Source: Candidatus Tayloriibacteriota bacterium
GTDB taxonomy: Bacteria; Patescibacteriota; Minisyncoccia; Phycocordibacterales; CAIRYW01
Direction: 5' to 3'
Assembly: GCA_028286725.1 (NCBI GenBank)
Contig: JAQBQZ010000012.1
Location: forward strand, 5,562-69,561
Length of the DNA: 64,000 nt
The notes under the pieces are model-generated. The model had not been told where the DNA came from and did not search any database. It saw nothing but the letters and a program-made list of their open reading frames with translations. Below, piece by piece: positions 9,481 to 17,687 of the stretch. Each line of letters starts with the position of its first letter. The first letter of the stretch is position 1. Made by a program: the position numbers and the translations under genes.

Positions 9481-9939
9481 TTATTTTTTAGCTGCAGGCT
9501 TTGCAGTTGTAGGAGGAACCACTGTTGTCTTTTTTGGTGTGATCTTTTGGAGAGCTGGTGTAGGAGTTCCTTGAGGTGTTGTTGTAGCCGTCTCATCAAC
9601 GAAACCAAGACCCTCAACGTTAGAGACAACATCGCTTGTGATGGTTCCATCAAATGGATTACTTTTACCAACACTTTCTGGCACAATAGCCTGACTTCGA
9701 TCAACAAGCGCACGAAATACCGGATCAAGAAAGAGCTTTTCATCCAAAGTCACATTCTGAATCTTCAAAAGAAGCGGCAAGAGATCTTCTTCCGGACTTG
9801 TCGGATTAGCAACATTTGAAGTCTTTAGCAATGCAGTTGAAGTGTCTTGTTTTACAAAAGTATTGTACACAATGAAACCGCCGATTATTACGGCAACAAT
9901 GATCATTGGCTTTTTTAGTTTTTCAAATAGTTCTTGCAT
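9481..9939 (-). CDS. hypothetical single-pass membrane protein with Pro/Thr-rich C-terminal tail, inside the pilus operon
   Basis: N-terminal TM MIIVAVIIGGFIVY and a C-terminal TTTPQGTPTPALQKITPKKTTVVPPTTAKPAAKK low-complexity tail. Sits between pilO-like and pilB with 1-5 nt spacers. Confidence 0.45.
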   Translation of the reverse strand: MQELFEKLKKPMIIVAVIIGGFIVYNTFVKQDTSTALLKTSNVANPTSPEEDLLPLLLKIQNVTLDEKLFLDPVFRALVDRSQAIVPESVGKSNPFDGTITSDVVSNVEGLGFVDETATTTPQGTPTPALQKITPKKTTVVPPTTAKPAAKK

Positions 9940-9942
9940 ATA

Positions 9943-10485
9943 TTATTTTAGCCAATAAGTTCTAATAGTAACTGAGTATTCGGTAAGATTTTTTGGATCT
10001 GTTTTAAACGAAAGGCTTGTGATATCAACTAGACGAAGGCTCTGCTCAAGATCCTTTATGAATGAAACAAACTTAGGATATGTAGCTTTTGTTTTGAATG
10101 AGACTAGGATTGAAGAATAAAGTTTATTGTTTGGTCCGATTTGAGTTGTGCCATCAGATTTATCTTCGTTGATCTGAATTTTGCTTATGAGCATATTATG
10201 CTCTGGCAATCTCGCGATACCATTAATATCCAAAATGAGCTGAACGTTATCGATATGATCTGGGAGAAGTTTTTTGACTGAATCAAGATCAGTTTCACTA
10301 AAATGCTTATATTTATCCTGCAATTCCTGCCTTTTTTTAAGAACCTCATTTGATTTGCTGAATGCTTTTTCGTAGCTTGCAATATCCACCTGCAAACCTT
10401 GAATAGTCTGGTACACAGGACTAACATAGAACACAAAGATTCCGACAGAAGCAAGTATTAAGAAAATTGGAATTAAGCTTTTCAT
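9943..10485 (-). CDS. pilO: PilO-like pilus alignment subcomplex protein
   Basis: 180 aa with an N-terminal TM and a coiled-coil segment, directly downstream of pilN-like. Assignment is by position and architecture. Confidence 0.5.
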   Translation of the reverse strand: MKSLIPIFLILASVGIFVFYVSPVYQTIQGLQVDIASYEKAFSKSNEVLKKRQELQDKYKHFSETDLDSVKKLLPDHIDNVQLILDINGIARLPEHNMLISKIQINEDKSDGTTQIGPNNKLYSSILVSFKTKATYPKFVSFIKDLEQSLRLVDITSLSFKTDPKNLTEYSVTIRTYWLK

Positions 10486-11192
10486 TATTTTGTTGTTGGA
10501 TTAGGATTTGGATTAAGAAGATTATCGATCATGCTTGTGTTTGGTGTATTTGCTGCAGGCGTATTTGAAGGAGTGTTTATTATATTATCAGGACTCGCTG
10601 AAGTATCTGTACTAGCCTTTCTTGTGTAATTTATAAATCCAGGATCAATCTTTGTTGTGAAGTTAAAAATCACGTTGCCAAATGTATCAAGATCAAGATT
10701 AGAAAAGAGCGGAGTCTTCAAGGCTCTCTCCTTGCCAAATACCTCTGCCTGATACGCAACTGCGTTATAGCTCTTTGCCTGACCATTCATAGTAAGCGAC
10801 GCAGTTCCGTCTGGACCAACTTCATATTTGAAATCATTGAATTTTACACTCTGGATGGTTGACTCTTGAAGGAAGTCAAAAATATAAGACACTGCAACGT
10901 GGCTTGCGAGGAGAGTTTTGGCAGAATCAATACGGTTGTTAAGTCGTACATATTCATCAAGTGTTTGAGGTTCAAATGATTTCACATTTCGCTCAAGATC
11001 ACTCTGGATTTTTGCTTTTGAAGTCTCCAAATACTTATCCCATCCGAATGCGCCTCCGGCGACAAGTACTGTAATAAAAAAGATGATACTTGAAATAAAA
11101 GAAAAGAACCCGAGTGGCTTGTGCACGGTATTAGTAGCTATTGGATCGAGACTTGTCTTTGGTATGAAAGATGTTTGGAATTTTGTTTCCAT
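10485..11192 (-). CDS. pilN: PilN-like pilus alignment protein
   Basis: Single TM (FFSFISSIIFFITVLVAGGAFGW) followed by a coiled coil. ORF-track start 11279 likely over-extends; the internal start METKFQ at 11192 is preferred. Confidence 0.5.
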   Translation of the reverse strand: METKFQTSFIPKTSLDPIATNTVHKPLGFFSFISSIIFFITVLVAGGAFGWDKYLETSKAKIQSDLERNVKSFEPQTLDEYVRLNNRIDSAKTLLASHVAVSYIFDFLQESTIQSVKFNDFKYEVGPDGTASLTMNGQAKSYNAVAYQAEVFGKERALKTPLFSNLDLDTFGNVIFNFTTKIDPGFINYTRKASTDTSASPDNIINTPSNTPAANTPNTSMIDNLLNPNPNPTTK

Positions 11193-11280
11193 AAATTTAA
11201 AATAATTATAGCACAAATAAAAAAGTAAAGTGTACAAACCTAGTGGAAAAGTGCACGAGTATAGTTTCAAATAAATCAAA

Positions 11281-11313
11281 AAGAGCTGCGCCCAAGGGCG
11301 CAGCTCTTTTTTT
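11281..11313 (-). terminator. terminator-like hairpin downstream of pilM
   Basis: agagctgcgccc-aag-ggcgcagctct followed by ttttttt. Confidence 0.5.
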
Positions 11314-11330
11314 ACACTATATATATTAAG

Positions 11331-12449
11331 TTAATCCAATTCCTGAAGTTTACGAAGCGCTACTCCCACCGCCACCGCAAAATCAAGACCGGTCTGTTTT
11401 AATAGATCTGAAAGAAACACCGGCGCATCAACTTTTGCAAAAGGATTCCCGAGCACAACCTCTGTTTCAAATCGACTTCGTGCTGTTTCAAAAAATCCCT
11501 TCATCGCAACGCCACCTCCTGTGAGATATACTTTACTGATGCTTTTGTTATGCTTCTTTTGATATGACACCATAAGACCTCCCGCTTCACCGAAGATATA
11601 ATCAAGCGTAAGTCCCACTATTTCATAAACACTTTTCTGATCGGCTGGACTCACCTCTCCTAAATTTCTTTTGATCTTTTCTGCTTTTTCAATTGTTACC
11701 TGAAGCCCTTTTGAAATACTTTGCGTAATATCTTGAGACCCTTTGTTTATGATATGAGATTCTTTGACTACCCCTCTTTCTGAAATATAGATCTTTGTTG
11801 ATGATGCACCCATATCAAAAATCATTACAGGCGCGATCTCACGGTCAACAAGTGACCTGATAGATGCGAACATCTCGATCTCAAAAAAAGTTGTATGGAG
11901 TCCTGCAGCCTGCACAATTGAATTATATCCTTGCAAAATTTCGTTGTGTATTGAAACCAGGAGCACTTCTGTTTTATCTTGCTTCTGAATTTTCTTTTCT
12001 TTGTTTTCAATATCAAAATCAAAAGCCTTCTCTTCTTCTTTTGGAATGATCCACCAATCAAGCGCCACTTCTGAAATAGGAACAGGAATAAATTTTCTCG
12101 CTTCAATCGGAATCATCTCACGAAGTTTTGCTTCAGGAAGCGCAGGCATCTCAACCAAAGACACGAGAGATGATCGAAGTGGAATAGATACTCCGGAATT
12201 TAATGTGGTTGCGTTTGATTCTTTGATCACATCTCGGATCGCTTCACCTATTTTGTCAGGACCGAGATTTGTCGCCTGGCCAATAATGAGCCCCGCGTAC
12301 GGGCCGAGCGCAAGCGAACCATAAGTTTTGAGCACCGCTCTTCCTTTTACTTTTGCAAGCTGCACTATTTTAATTGCAGATGTACCAATATCAATACCAA
12401 TAACATTGGTATCAGATTTAGCAAAAAAGTTTTTAAAAGGATTATCCAT
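11331..12449 (-). CDS. pilM: type IV pilus assembly protein PilM (actin-like ATPase fold)
   Basis: IGIDIGTSAIKIVQL phosphate-1 motif and length match PilM. Preferred start is MDNPFKNFF at 12449; the ORF-track start 12521 is probably over-extended. Confidence 0.75.
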   Translation of the reverse strand: MDNPFKNFFAKSDTNVIGIDIGTSAIKIVQLAKVKGRAVLKTYGSLALGPYAGLIIGQATNLGPDKIGEAIRDVIKESNATTLNSGVSIPLRSSLVSLVEMPALPEAKLREMIPIEARKFIPVPISEVALDWWIIPKEEEKAFDFDIENKEKKIQKQDKTEVLLVSIHNEILQGYNSIVQAAGLHTTFFEIEMFASIRSLVDREIAPVMIFDMGASSTKIYISERGVVKESHIINKGSQDITQSISKGLQVTIEKAEKIKRNLGEVSPADQKSVYEIVGLTLDYIFGEAGGLMVSYQKKHNKSISKVYLTGGGVAMKGFFETARSRFETEVVLGNPFAKVDAPVFLSDLLKQTGLDFAVAVGVALRKLQELD

Positions 12450-12488
12450 AATATTTATTCTTGCACTATTGTATAATAGTATATCACA

Positions 12489-13340
12489 ATGTTTTCTAGA
12501 ACCCATCTCAAAATAAACCAAAATAAAAGAACGAAATCATTTGAGTATCCAAAACCAAAAATTTCGGCGAAAAATGAAGTTTCGTCGGTCAATGTAACAC
12601 CGTTACACCTCCCTCCTCATCCTCCATTTTTCTCTTCGAAATTTTTGGTTTTGTATTACTCATTTATTTTGAGATGGGTTCTAAATTTTTTCAAAAAAAT
12701 ACTCTCTTTTCCACAAAAAGCATTCTTGTTCGCCTTTACTGACACAGATACGAAACTCCGAGAGTTAAATCAACTTCCTCTTGCAAGCTGGGGCACGCTC
12801 GCTCATCCGATTCTTCATAGCGAAAACACCCTTTCAATATTTAATTACGATAATAAGATCATTCGCGGTGCGCTCTTCTATATAAAGAACAAGAAGAACG
12901 AAGAAACACTAGCTCAAATGTGCCAAATTGCAGTGGATATATTGCTTGAAGATCTTTCTGAACGCGAGATGCTTGAAAATTTTAGGGATCCCATCATTGT
13001 TTCAATACCCAGCTCAAAAGAACACATATTAAAGCGAGGATACAATCCGAGCGATATCATCGCCTCAAAAATATCTGAGCTTGGAAATATTCCTTATTTC
13101 AAAAACCTTTTGTATAAATCAAAGAACACTCCCGCACAAAAAACTCTCTCTCGATATGAGAGATTGAAGAATGTTAGAAATACTATGGCAATGAAACCAA
13201 AGGATCAGAATAAAATAAAAGAGAGATGCATCATCGTTGTTGACGACATTATGACAACCGGCGGCACACTCAAAGAAGCAAAAAGGGTTCTTCTCAAAGC
13301 TGGAGCAAGGAAAGTGATCGGACTCGCACTCGCACATTAA
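12489..13340 (+). CDS. comFC: ComF/ComFC-like competence protein (phosphoribosyltransferase-type domain)
   Basis: C-terminal PRTase fold motif RCIIVVDDIMTTGGTLKEAKRVLLKAGA. The ATG at 12489 overlaps the divergent pilM; the real start is probably downstream, for example the in-frame TTG at 12669. Confidence 0.6.
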   Translation: MFSRTHLKINQNKRTKSFEYPKPKISAKNEVSSVNVTPLHLPPHPPFFSSKFLVLYYSFILRWVLNFFKKILSFPQKAFLFAFTDTDTKLRELNQLPLASWGTLAHPILHSENTLSIFNYDNKIIRGALFYIKNKKNEETLAQMCQIAVDILLEDLSEREMLENFRDPIIVSIPSSKEHILKRGYNPSDIIASKISELGNIPYFKNLLYKSKNTPAQKTLSRYERLKNVRNTMAMKPKDQNKIKERCIIVVDDIMTTGGTLKEAKRVLLKAGARKVIGLALAH

Positions 13341-13352
13341 TGAAAGCAAAAT

Positions 13353-13386
13353 AAAACGCACCGAACCTTTCGGTTCGGTGCGTTTT
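13353..13386. terminator. bidirectional terminator hairpin between comFC (+) and the 13391..14143 gene (-)
   Basis: aaaacgcaccgaacc-tttc-ggttcggtgcgtttt. Confidence 0.55.
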
Positions 13387-13390
13387 ATTT

Positions 13391-14143
13391 TTATTTTGCT
13401 TTCGTAAACAATACTGTCGGCACACCGTCCGCCTGATTGTCGCTGAAATCATAATTGTGAAGTGAATTCATAAACACCTCATAATCATATCGATGCCCTA
13501 CTCCATCCTTATCATCTCCTGGATCATGAGTAATAAATTCCTTTGTCTTATCATCAAACCCAATCACGATGATCGTATGATAAGAAGACCCTGTTGCAAG
13601 AAATGGAATATTTTTGTTGCCAAGCCCGAATCCTCTATGGAGAGATATTACAGGACGCCCTGCGATTATTTCGTCTTTGATCTCATCTACCGTTGGATTC
13701 TGCTTGATTGTCGCAGAGAATGTTGAATAGTCTGTAATGAGCTTCAACATTTGTTTGGCATCAGTATTTCTATTGTTGCCATAGATCTTATTTTCAATAT
13801 CGAAGAGTTTTTGAAGTGTTGCCTTCGCATTTGCCACACTTACCTCTTTGTCTCCTGCATAGAACTTTGCAGCCATAGAGATCGTTGCCTCTTCACACGC
13901 ATTGACCCAATTGCCTGACCAGTTGCCTTCAGGCGCTTCACTTATATAAGGAACAGCGAGCTCTACAAGTGTTTTTGGTTCTTCAGGCTTGAATATGTTT
14001 ACTATCTTAGAAACCGCGGTCGTTGTCGCATCTGTAGTTCGAGCAACCTTGACTGTCTCAGACACTTTACTTCGATGATAAAGAAAGATGCTTAAGATAA
14101 TGAAGAACGTGAGGAGTATCGCTAATCGAATTTTGTTTCTCAT
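13391..14143 (-). CDS. secreted/anchored papain-like peptidase (peptidase C39-like domain)
   Basis: N-terminal TM, then WSGNWVNACEEATISMAAKFYAG (candidate catalytic Cys) and HTIIVIGFDDKTKEFITHDPGDD (His region). Confidence 0.45.
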   Translation of the reverse strand: MRNKIRLAILLTFFIILSIFLYHRSKVSETVKVARTTDATTTAVSKIVNIFKPEEPKTLVELAVPYISEAPEGNWSGNWVNACEEATISMAAKFYAGDKEVSVANAKATLQKLFDIENKIYGNNRNTDAKQMLKLITDYSTFSATIKQNPTVDEIKDEIIAGRPVISLHRGFGLGNKNIPFLATGSSYHTIIVIGFDDKTKEFITHDPGDDKDGVGHRYDYEVFMNSLHNYDFSDNQADGVPTVLFTKAK

Positions 14144-14169
14144 CTTATTAATATAACACGGATATTAAT

Positions 14170-15294
14170 TTATTTTGTCTTGAATGATTGTCTGTCACCC
14201 TTCACTGTTCCAATCTCATTTTCAGATACGAGTCTAAAGTAGTAAGTTGTCTTTGATTTGAGATTCTCTGCAGTTGATTTTACAACAACATTTTTTGCAT
14301 CAGTACCAATAGTAAGCTGATCAGTTCGACTCAAGAGTGCTGCGCTGAACTGTGAATCAGTACTGTATTCAAACCAATATGTTGTTATCTTACCATTCGC
14401 ACTTAGAACTCCATTCAATTGCGCACTCGTAGTCTTGATTGAAGTCGCGTCATTAGTCTTTGCAGAAGGTGCACTTGTGCTTGGTCCCGCAGTTTTGAAT
14501 GTTTGTACCGAACCATTTACTGTTCCAAATTGATTCTGCGCATTGATACGGTAGTAATAAGTAGTATTTGCAGCAAGATTACCTATCACAACTGATTTGC
14601 TTAATTTTGTACTGCCCACTCCTGTACTTGCAGCGATCGTACTGTTGCCCATATCTGCATTCTGACCGTATTCAAACCAGAATTTTGTATCAGCCTTGTT
14701 TGGAGTTACTTCACCATTAAGCGTTGCACCCGTGTCAGAGATATCACTTACAGATACAGTTCGAACTGTTGGCGCACTTCCCTCTGGTGCAGATACTCCG
14801 CTTGTTGTTCTAAATGAATATATAGTACCTTGAGATTTATCAAACTGATTTTGTGCAACAAGTCTAAAATAATATGTTGTGTTTTTTGTAAGCCCTGTGA
14901 TATACGCAGGAGCACTGAGATTATAATATCCTGATCCGAGCAGCTGATCTGCTGATCTGCTTCCTAGATTTTGAGTTGTACTATACTCATACCAATAGTT
15001 AGTAAACGCTCCATTTGGAGTTACCATACCTGTAAGTATTGCTGTTGTATCTGTTGGATATACAGTCGCATTAGTAACGGCAATTGGCGCACCAGCTTTT
15101 TGAGCCGCAGCAGTTCCAGAATTATCAGAAGAATCGGAACCAGAATTATTACCTTGAACAGGAGTAGAATTATCCGTTACGGTTACTGTCGAAGGCGAAG
15201 TTTGATAAGTGCTCTTTGTCACAATAAATACGATCCCTGTAACTACTATCAAAGCGCCTATTACCCCTAAAACTATACCTGTGTTTTTAGTCAT
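14170..15294 (-). CDS. membrane-anchored surface protein with three FN3-like repeats
   Basis: N-terminal TM, Ser/Gly/Asn-rich linker, then three ~95-aa repeats each ending in TTYYFRLVAQNQ / TTYYYRINAQNQFG / TTYYFRLVSENEIG. Confidence 0.6.
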   Translation of the reverse strand: MTKNTGIVLGVIGALIVVTGIVFIVTKSTYQTSPSTVTVTDNSTPVQGNNSGSDSSDNSGTAAAQKAGAPIAVTNATVYPTDTTAILTGMVTPNGAFTNYWYEYSTTQNLGSRSADQLLGSGYYNLSAPAYITGLTKNTTYYFRLVAQNQFDKSQGTIYSFRTTSGVSAPEGSAPTVRTVSVSDISDTGATLNGEVTPNKADTKFWFEYGQNADMGNSTIAASTGVGSTKLSKSVVIGNLAANTTYYYRINAQNQFGTVNGSVQTFKTAGPSTSAPSAKTNDATSIKTTSAQLNGVLSANGKITTYWFEYSTDSQFSAALLSRTDQLTIGTDAKNVVVKSTAENLKSKTTYYFRLVSENEIGTVKGDRQSFKTK

Positions 15295-15376
15295 AAAAAT
15301 TAATTAAACTTATATGTATTGAAGACGCTAGCATTATAAAAGCATTACAAAATAACTTAGAAAGATGCGCCCAGCA

Positions 15377-15766
15377 TTAAATGAGCACCCTCTTCTCTAT
15401 ACAAAATGGAAGGATATAATTTTTTAAATCTAAATCGAGATCAAGCTTATCAAGCTCAAATCTGTTTACATAATTCCACAAATCAACCCCCTCAACATTT
15501 AAATTTATTCCACCCAAAAGTCTGATATCAAAAAGTGAAAATCTTTTTAGGTTTTTACCCTCAGTGATTTCTATATCACCTAACCGACTCATGATCTTTA
15601 AGTCCGTCCCAATGCGCCTCCGAATATAATGAATAAGTCTAATCTCTTCCCTGCTGTCTGTGGCGTCGATCATGGGACAGTACCAAAATCCGGTGTCTTT
15701 TTCTCTTAAGATAAAGAGTTTGTTATCTATCACAGATATTCCGACAATGAATTGGCTGGTCTTCAT
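15377..15766 (-). CDS. hypothetical protein
   Basis: 129-aa ORF with no recognisable motif. The overlapping plus-strand ORF 15660..15953 is considered spurious. Confidence 0.3.
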   Translation of the reverse strand: MKTSQFIVGISVIDNKLFILREKDTGFWYCPMIDATDSREEIRLIHYIRRRIGTDLKIMSRLGDIEITEGKNLKRFSLFDIRLLGGINLNVEGVDLWNYVNRFELDKLDLDLDLKNYILPFCIEKRVLI

Positions 15767-15967
15767 AAAAAAATATGTTACATATTATTATATGTGCATT
15801 GAATTAAATCGTAAACTAACTGTTGTTGATAAAGGGAGCGAGAGTTGGTCACAGATAATTTACTCGCCGTCGCAAAATGATTTGGGAGAGCGAGATATTC
15901 GATCGTTACACGATCAGTACCCCGATTGGATAATTTATTTCGTAAGCTCATAAATTATACTCAATCG

Positions 15968-16014
15968 GGCTTCGAATCTCGCACGCAAGCCATCCCAGGC
16001 TTGCTTCTCTCCGC
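15968..16014 (+). repeat. inverted partial copy of a tRNA 3' half (T-loop plus acceptor end) with an inserted hairpin
   Basis: gggcTTCGAATCtcgc-ACGCAAGCCatcccaGGCTTGC-ttctctccgca mirrors the 3' half of the adjacent minus-strand tRNA (..GTTCGAATCTCGCTCTCTCCGCA). Confidence 0.5.
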
Positions 16015-16070
16015 AAAAATATAAAAGCCTCAGCAATTATTGCTGAGGCTTTTATATTTTTGCGGAGAGA
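16006..16070. repeat. 65-bp near-perfect palindrome (bidirectional terminator hairpin plus duplicated tRNA acceptor end)
   Basis: tctctccgcaaaaatataaaagcctcagcaat | attgctgaggcttttatatttttgcggagaga. The right arm overlaps the tRNA 3' end. Confidence 0.7.
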
Positions 16071-16149
16071 GCGAGATTCGAACTCGCGAGACCGGTTAGG
16101 GTCCGGCGGTTTAGTAAACCGCTGATTTCAACCACTCATCCACCTCTCC
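16063..16149 (-). tRNA. class II (long variable arm) tRNA, Ser-like, apparent anticodon ACU (atypical)
   Basis: GGAGAGGTGGATGAGTGGTTGAAATCAGCGGT-TTACTAA-ACCGCCGGACCCTAACCGGTCTCGCGAGTTCGAATCTCGCTCTCTCCG. Acceptor 7 bp with one G-U, 3-bp D stem, TTCGAAT T-loop, G73 discriminator, CCA not encoded. The 7-nt anticodon loop UUACUAA gives ACU. Confidence 0.65.
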
Positions 16150-16215
16150 TTACGAGAGACAATATATCCTATTTTATCAATTTAGTATAGAGAATACAGA
16201 TACAATATTTGAGAG

Positions 16216-16743
16216 CTATTTTACCTCCTTAAGTTCGAGTGAAATATCAAGCACCACTTCATCCGAGAGAACGAATCCCCCTGTCTCAACAGCAGCATTC
16301 CACGTAAGTCCAAAATCTTTTCGACTGAGGCTTCCTTCAATATCAACACCTGCTATCTGAAGCCCGTCACCACCCTTTGAAATACCATTAAAATGTGCAG
16401 TGAGTGCAATTTCTTTCGTCACTCCATGCATTGTGAAATTACCTATTACTTCATATACATTTCCAGATCCTTGGCTAATCTTTGTTGATTCAAATGCCAG
16501 CTCTGGAAATTTTTCTACATCAAAAAAATCAGCAGATCTCAAGTGTCCATCACGCTGTTCATTATGGGTACTAATACTTGCTGCCTTTGTAGTGAATGTT
16601 ACTTTTGCAGTCTCATAATTGTCTCCCTCTGCAACAACTGATCCTGAAAAGTCGGCAAACTTGCCCTTAACTGTTGAGACCATCATATGTTTAATCTTAA
16701 AACCGATCTCTGAGTGCACACTATCAATATTCCATGTTGTCAT
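16216..16743 (-). CDS. YceI-like family protein (polyisoprenoid-binding, periplasmic-type)
   Basis: MTTWNIDSVHSEIGFKIKHMMVSTVKGKFADFSG N-terminal signature of the YceI family, 175 aa. Confidence 0.7.
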   Translation of the reverse strand: MTTWNIDSVHSEIGFKIKHMMVSTVKGKFADFSGSVVAEGDNYETAKVTFTTKAASISTHNEQRDGHLRSADFFDVEKFPELAFESTKISQGSGNVYEVIGNFTMHGVTKEIALTAHFNGISKGGDGLQIAGVDIEGSLSRKDFGLTWNAAVETGGFVLSDEVVLDISLELKEVK

Positions 16744-16823
16744 AATTGTATTTGCTTTAATGTATAAAAATGATATTCTTTATCAAGTACTATAGATTAT
16801 ATAGTACTATAAAAAATATAGCA

Positions 16824-17138
16824 ATGATCAAAAAGCCAGCAAATACACTCGAAGAGAAATGCACAAAGAACCTAAAAATATTTGGGGACTTTTGGACATT
16901 GTGGGTGATTGACGTTCTTTCTAAAGAAGACCTCCGTTACTGTGGCATCCAACGAGCGCTTCAAAACATTAATCCTGTAACACTCACAAACAGGCTCCAA
17001 AAACTAGAAAAAGCCAACATAATCAAAAGAACAGAAGACAAAATCGATAAGGTATCGGTCACTTATAGCCTCACTCCTTTAGGCAAGAAAACTCTTCCCA
17101 TCATTCAAGCCATAAATAATTTTAGAGCAAAAAAATAA
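16824..17138 (+). CDS. HxlR-family winged-helix transcriptional regulator
   Basis: CTKNLKIFGDFWTLWVIDVL...ITPVTLTNRLQKLEKANII matches the HxlR signature. Start taken at the internal ATG 16824. Confidence 0.65.
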   Translation: MIKKPANTLEEKCTKNLKIFGDFWTLWVIDVLSKEDLRYCGIQRALQNINPVTLTNRLQKLEKANIIKRTEDKIDKVSVTYSLTPLGKKTLPIIQAINNFRAKK

Positions 17139-17245
17139 AACATTTTCATAATCATTAAGATTTCAAGTATTGCCTCTTTTGACATATTTTAACCTTTGGT
17201 ATATAATACTTAGGTATACTAACTATTAGTAATGCTTACAATATT

Positions 17246-17680
17246 ATGAAAGATATCAAAAAACCAAAAGAAATAACCTTAGAGGTGGCCCTCCTAGATC
17301 TTCGAAGAGCTATGACTGACGCTCTCAAAGACCAAGCAGTCAAACTCGGACAATCAGTAGTGCATATTGAGGTTTTAAAATTTGTGCTTGAAACTGGAGA
17401 TCCTACAATGAAGTCCTTATCGGCTCACTTGAAAATCACTCCCCCATCGACCTCTACGCTTGTCGACGGACTTGTCGAAAAAGGTTTCCTCGAGCGAATA
17501 CTCGATGTAAAGGATCGTCGAGCAATACGCCTTAAACTTACAACCAAGTCCCACAAGCTCTTTGCGAAACTGCACAAAAGCAAGATATCGATCTTCAATG
17601 AAATATTAACCCGGTTGAACGAAGAAGATAAAAAGCAGTTGGCCCACTTACTTACCAAATGTTTAAATATTAAAAAATAA
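17246..17680 (+). CDS. MarR-family transcriptional regulator
   Basis: Winged-helix segment LSAHLKITPPSTSTLVDGLVEKGFLERILDVKDRRAIRLKLT, 144 aa, directly upstream of the efflux genes. Confidence 0.7.
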   Translation: MKDIKKPKEITLEVALLDLRRAMTDALKDQAVKLGQSVVHIEVLKFVLETGDPTMKSLSAHLKITPPSTSTLVDGLVEKGFLERILDVKDRRAIRLKLTTKSHKLFAKLHKSKISIFNEILTRLNEEDKKQLAHLLTKCLNIKK

Positions 17681-17687
17681 TAAATTT

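Noticed and set aside
15660-15953. 97-aa plus-strand ORF overlapping the 15377..15766 minus ORF
   Set aside because: It overlaps another ORF, has no motif and runs into the tRNA-fragment region. It is considered less likely than the minus-strand ORF, which is itself low confidence.
16063-16149. Reading the Ser-like tRNA anticodon loop as an amber-suppressor CUA (9-nt loop alternative)
   Set aside because: It requires a non-canonical 4-bp stem and 9-nt loop. Long genes in the window (copA, recG, the 970-aa protein) end at ordinary stops with no sign of in-frame UAG read-through.
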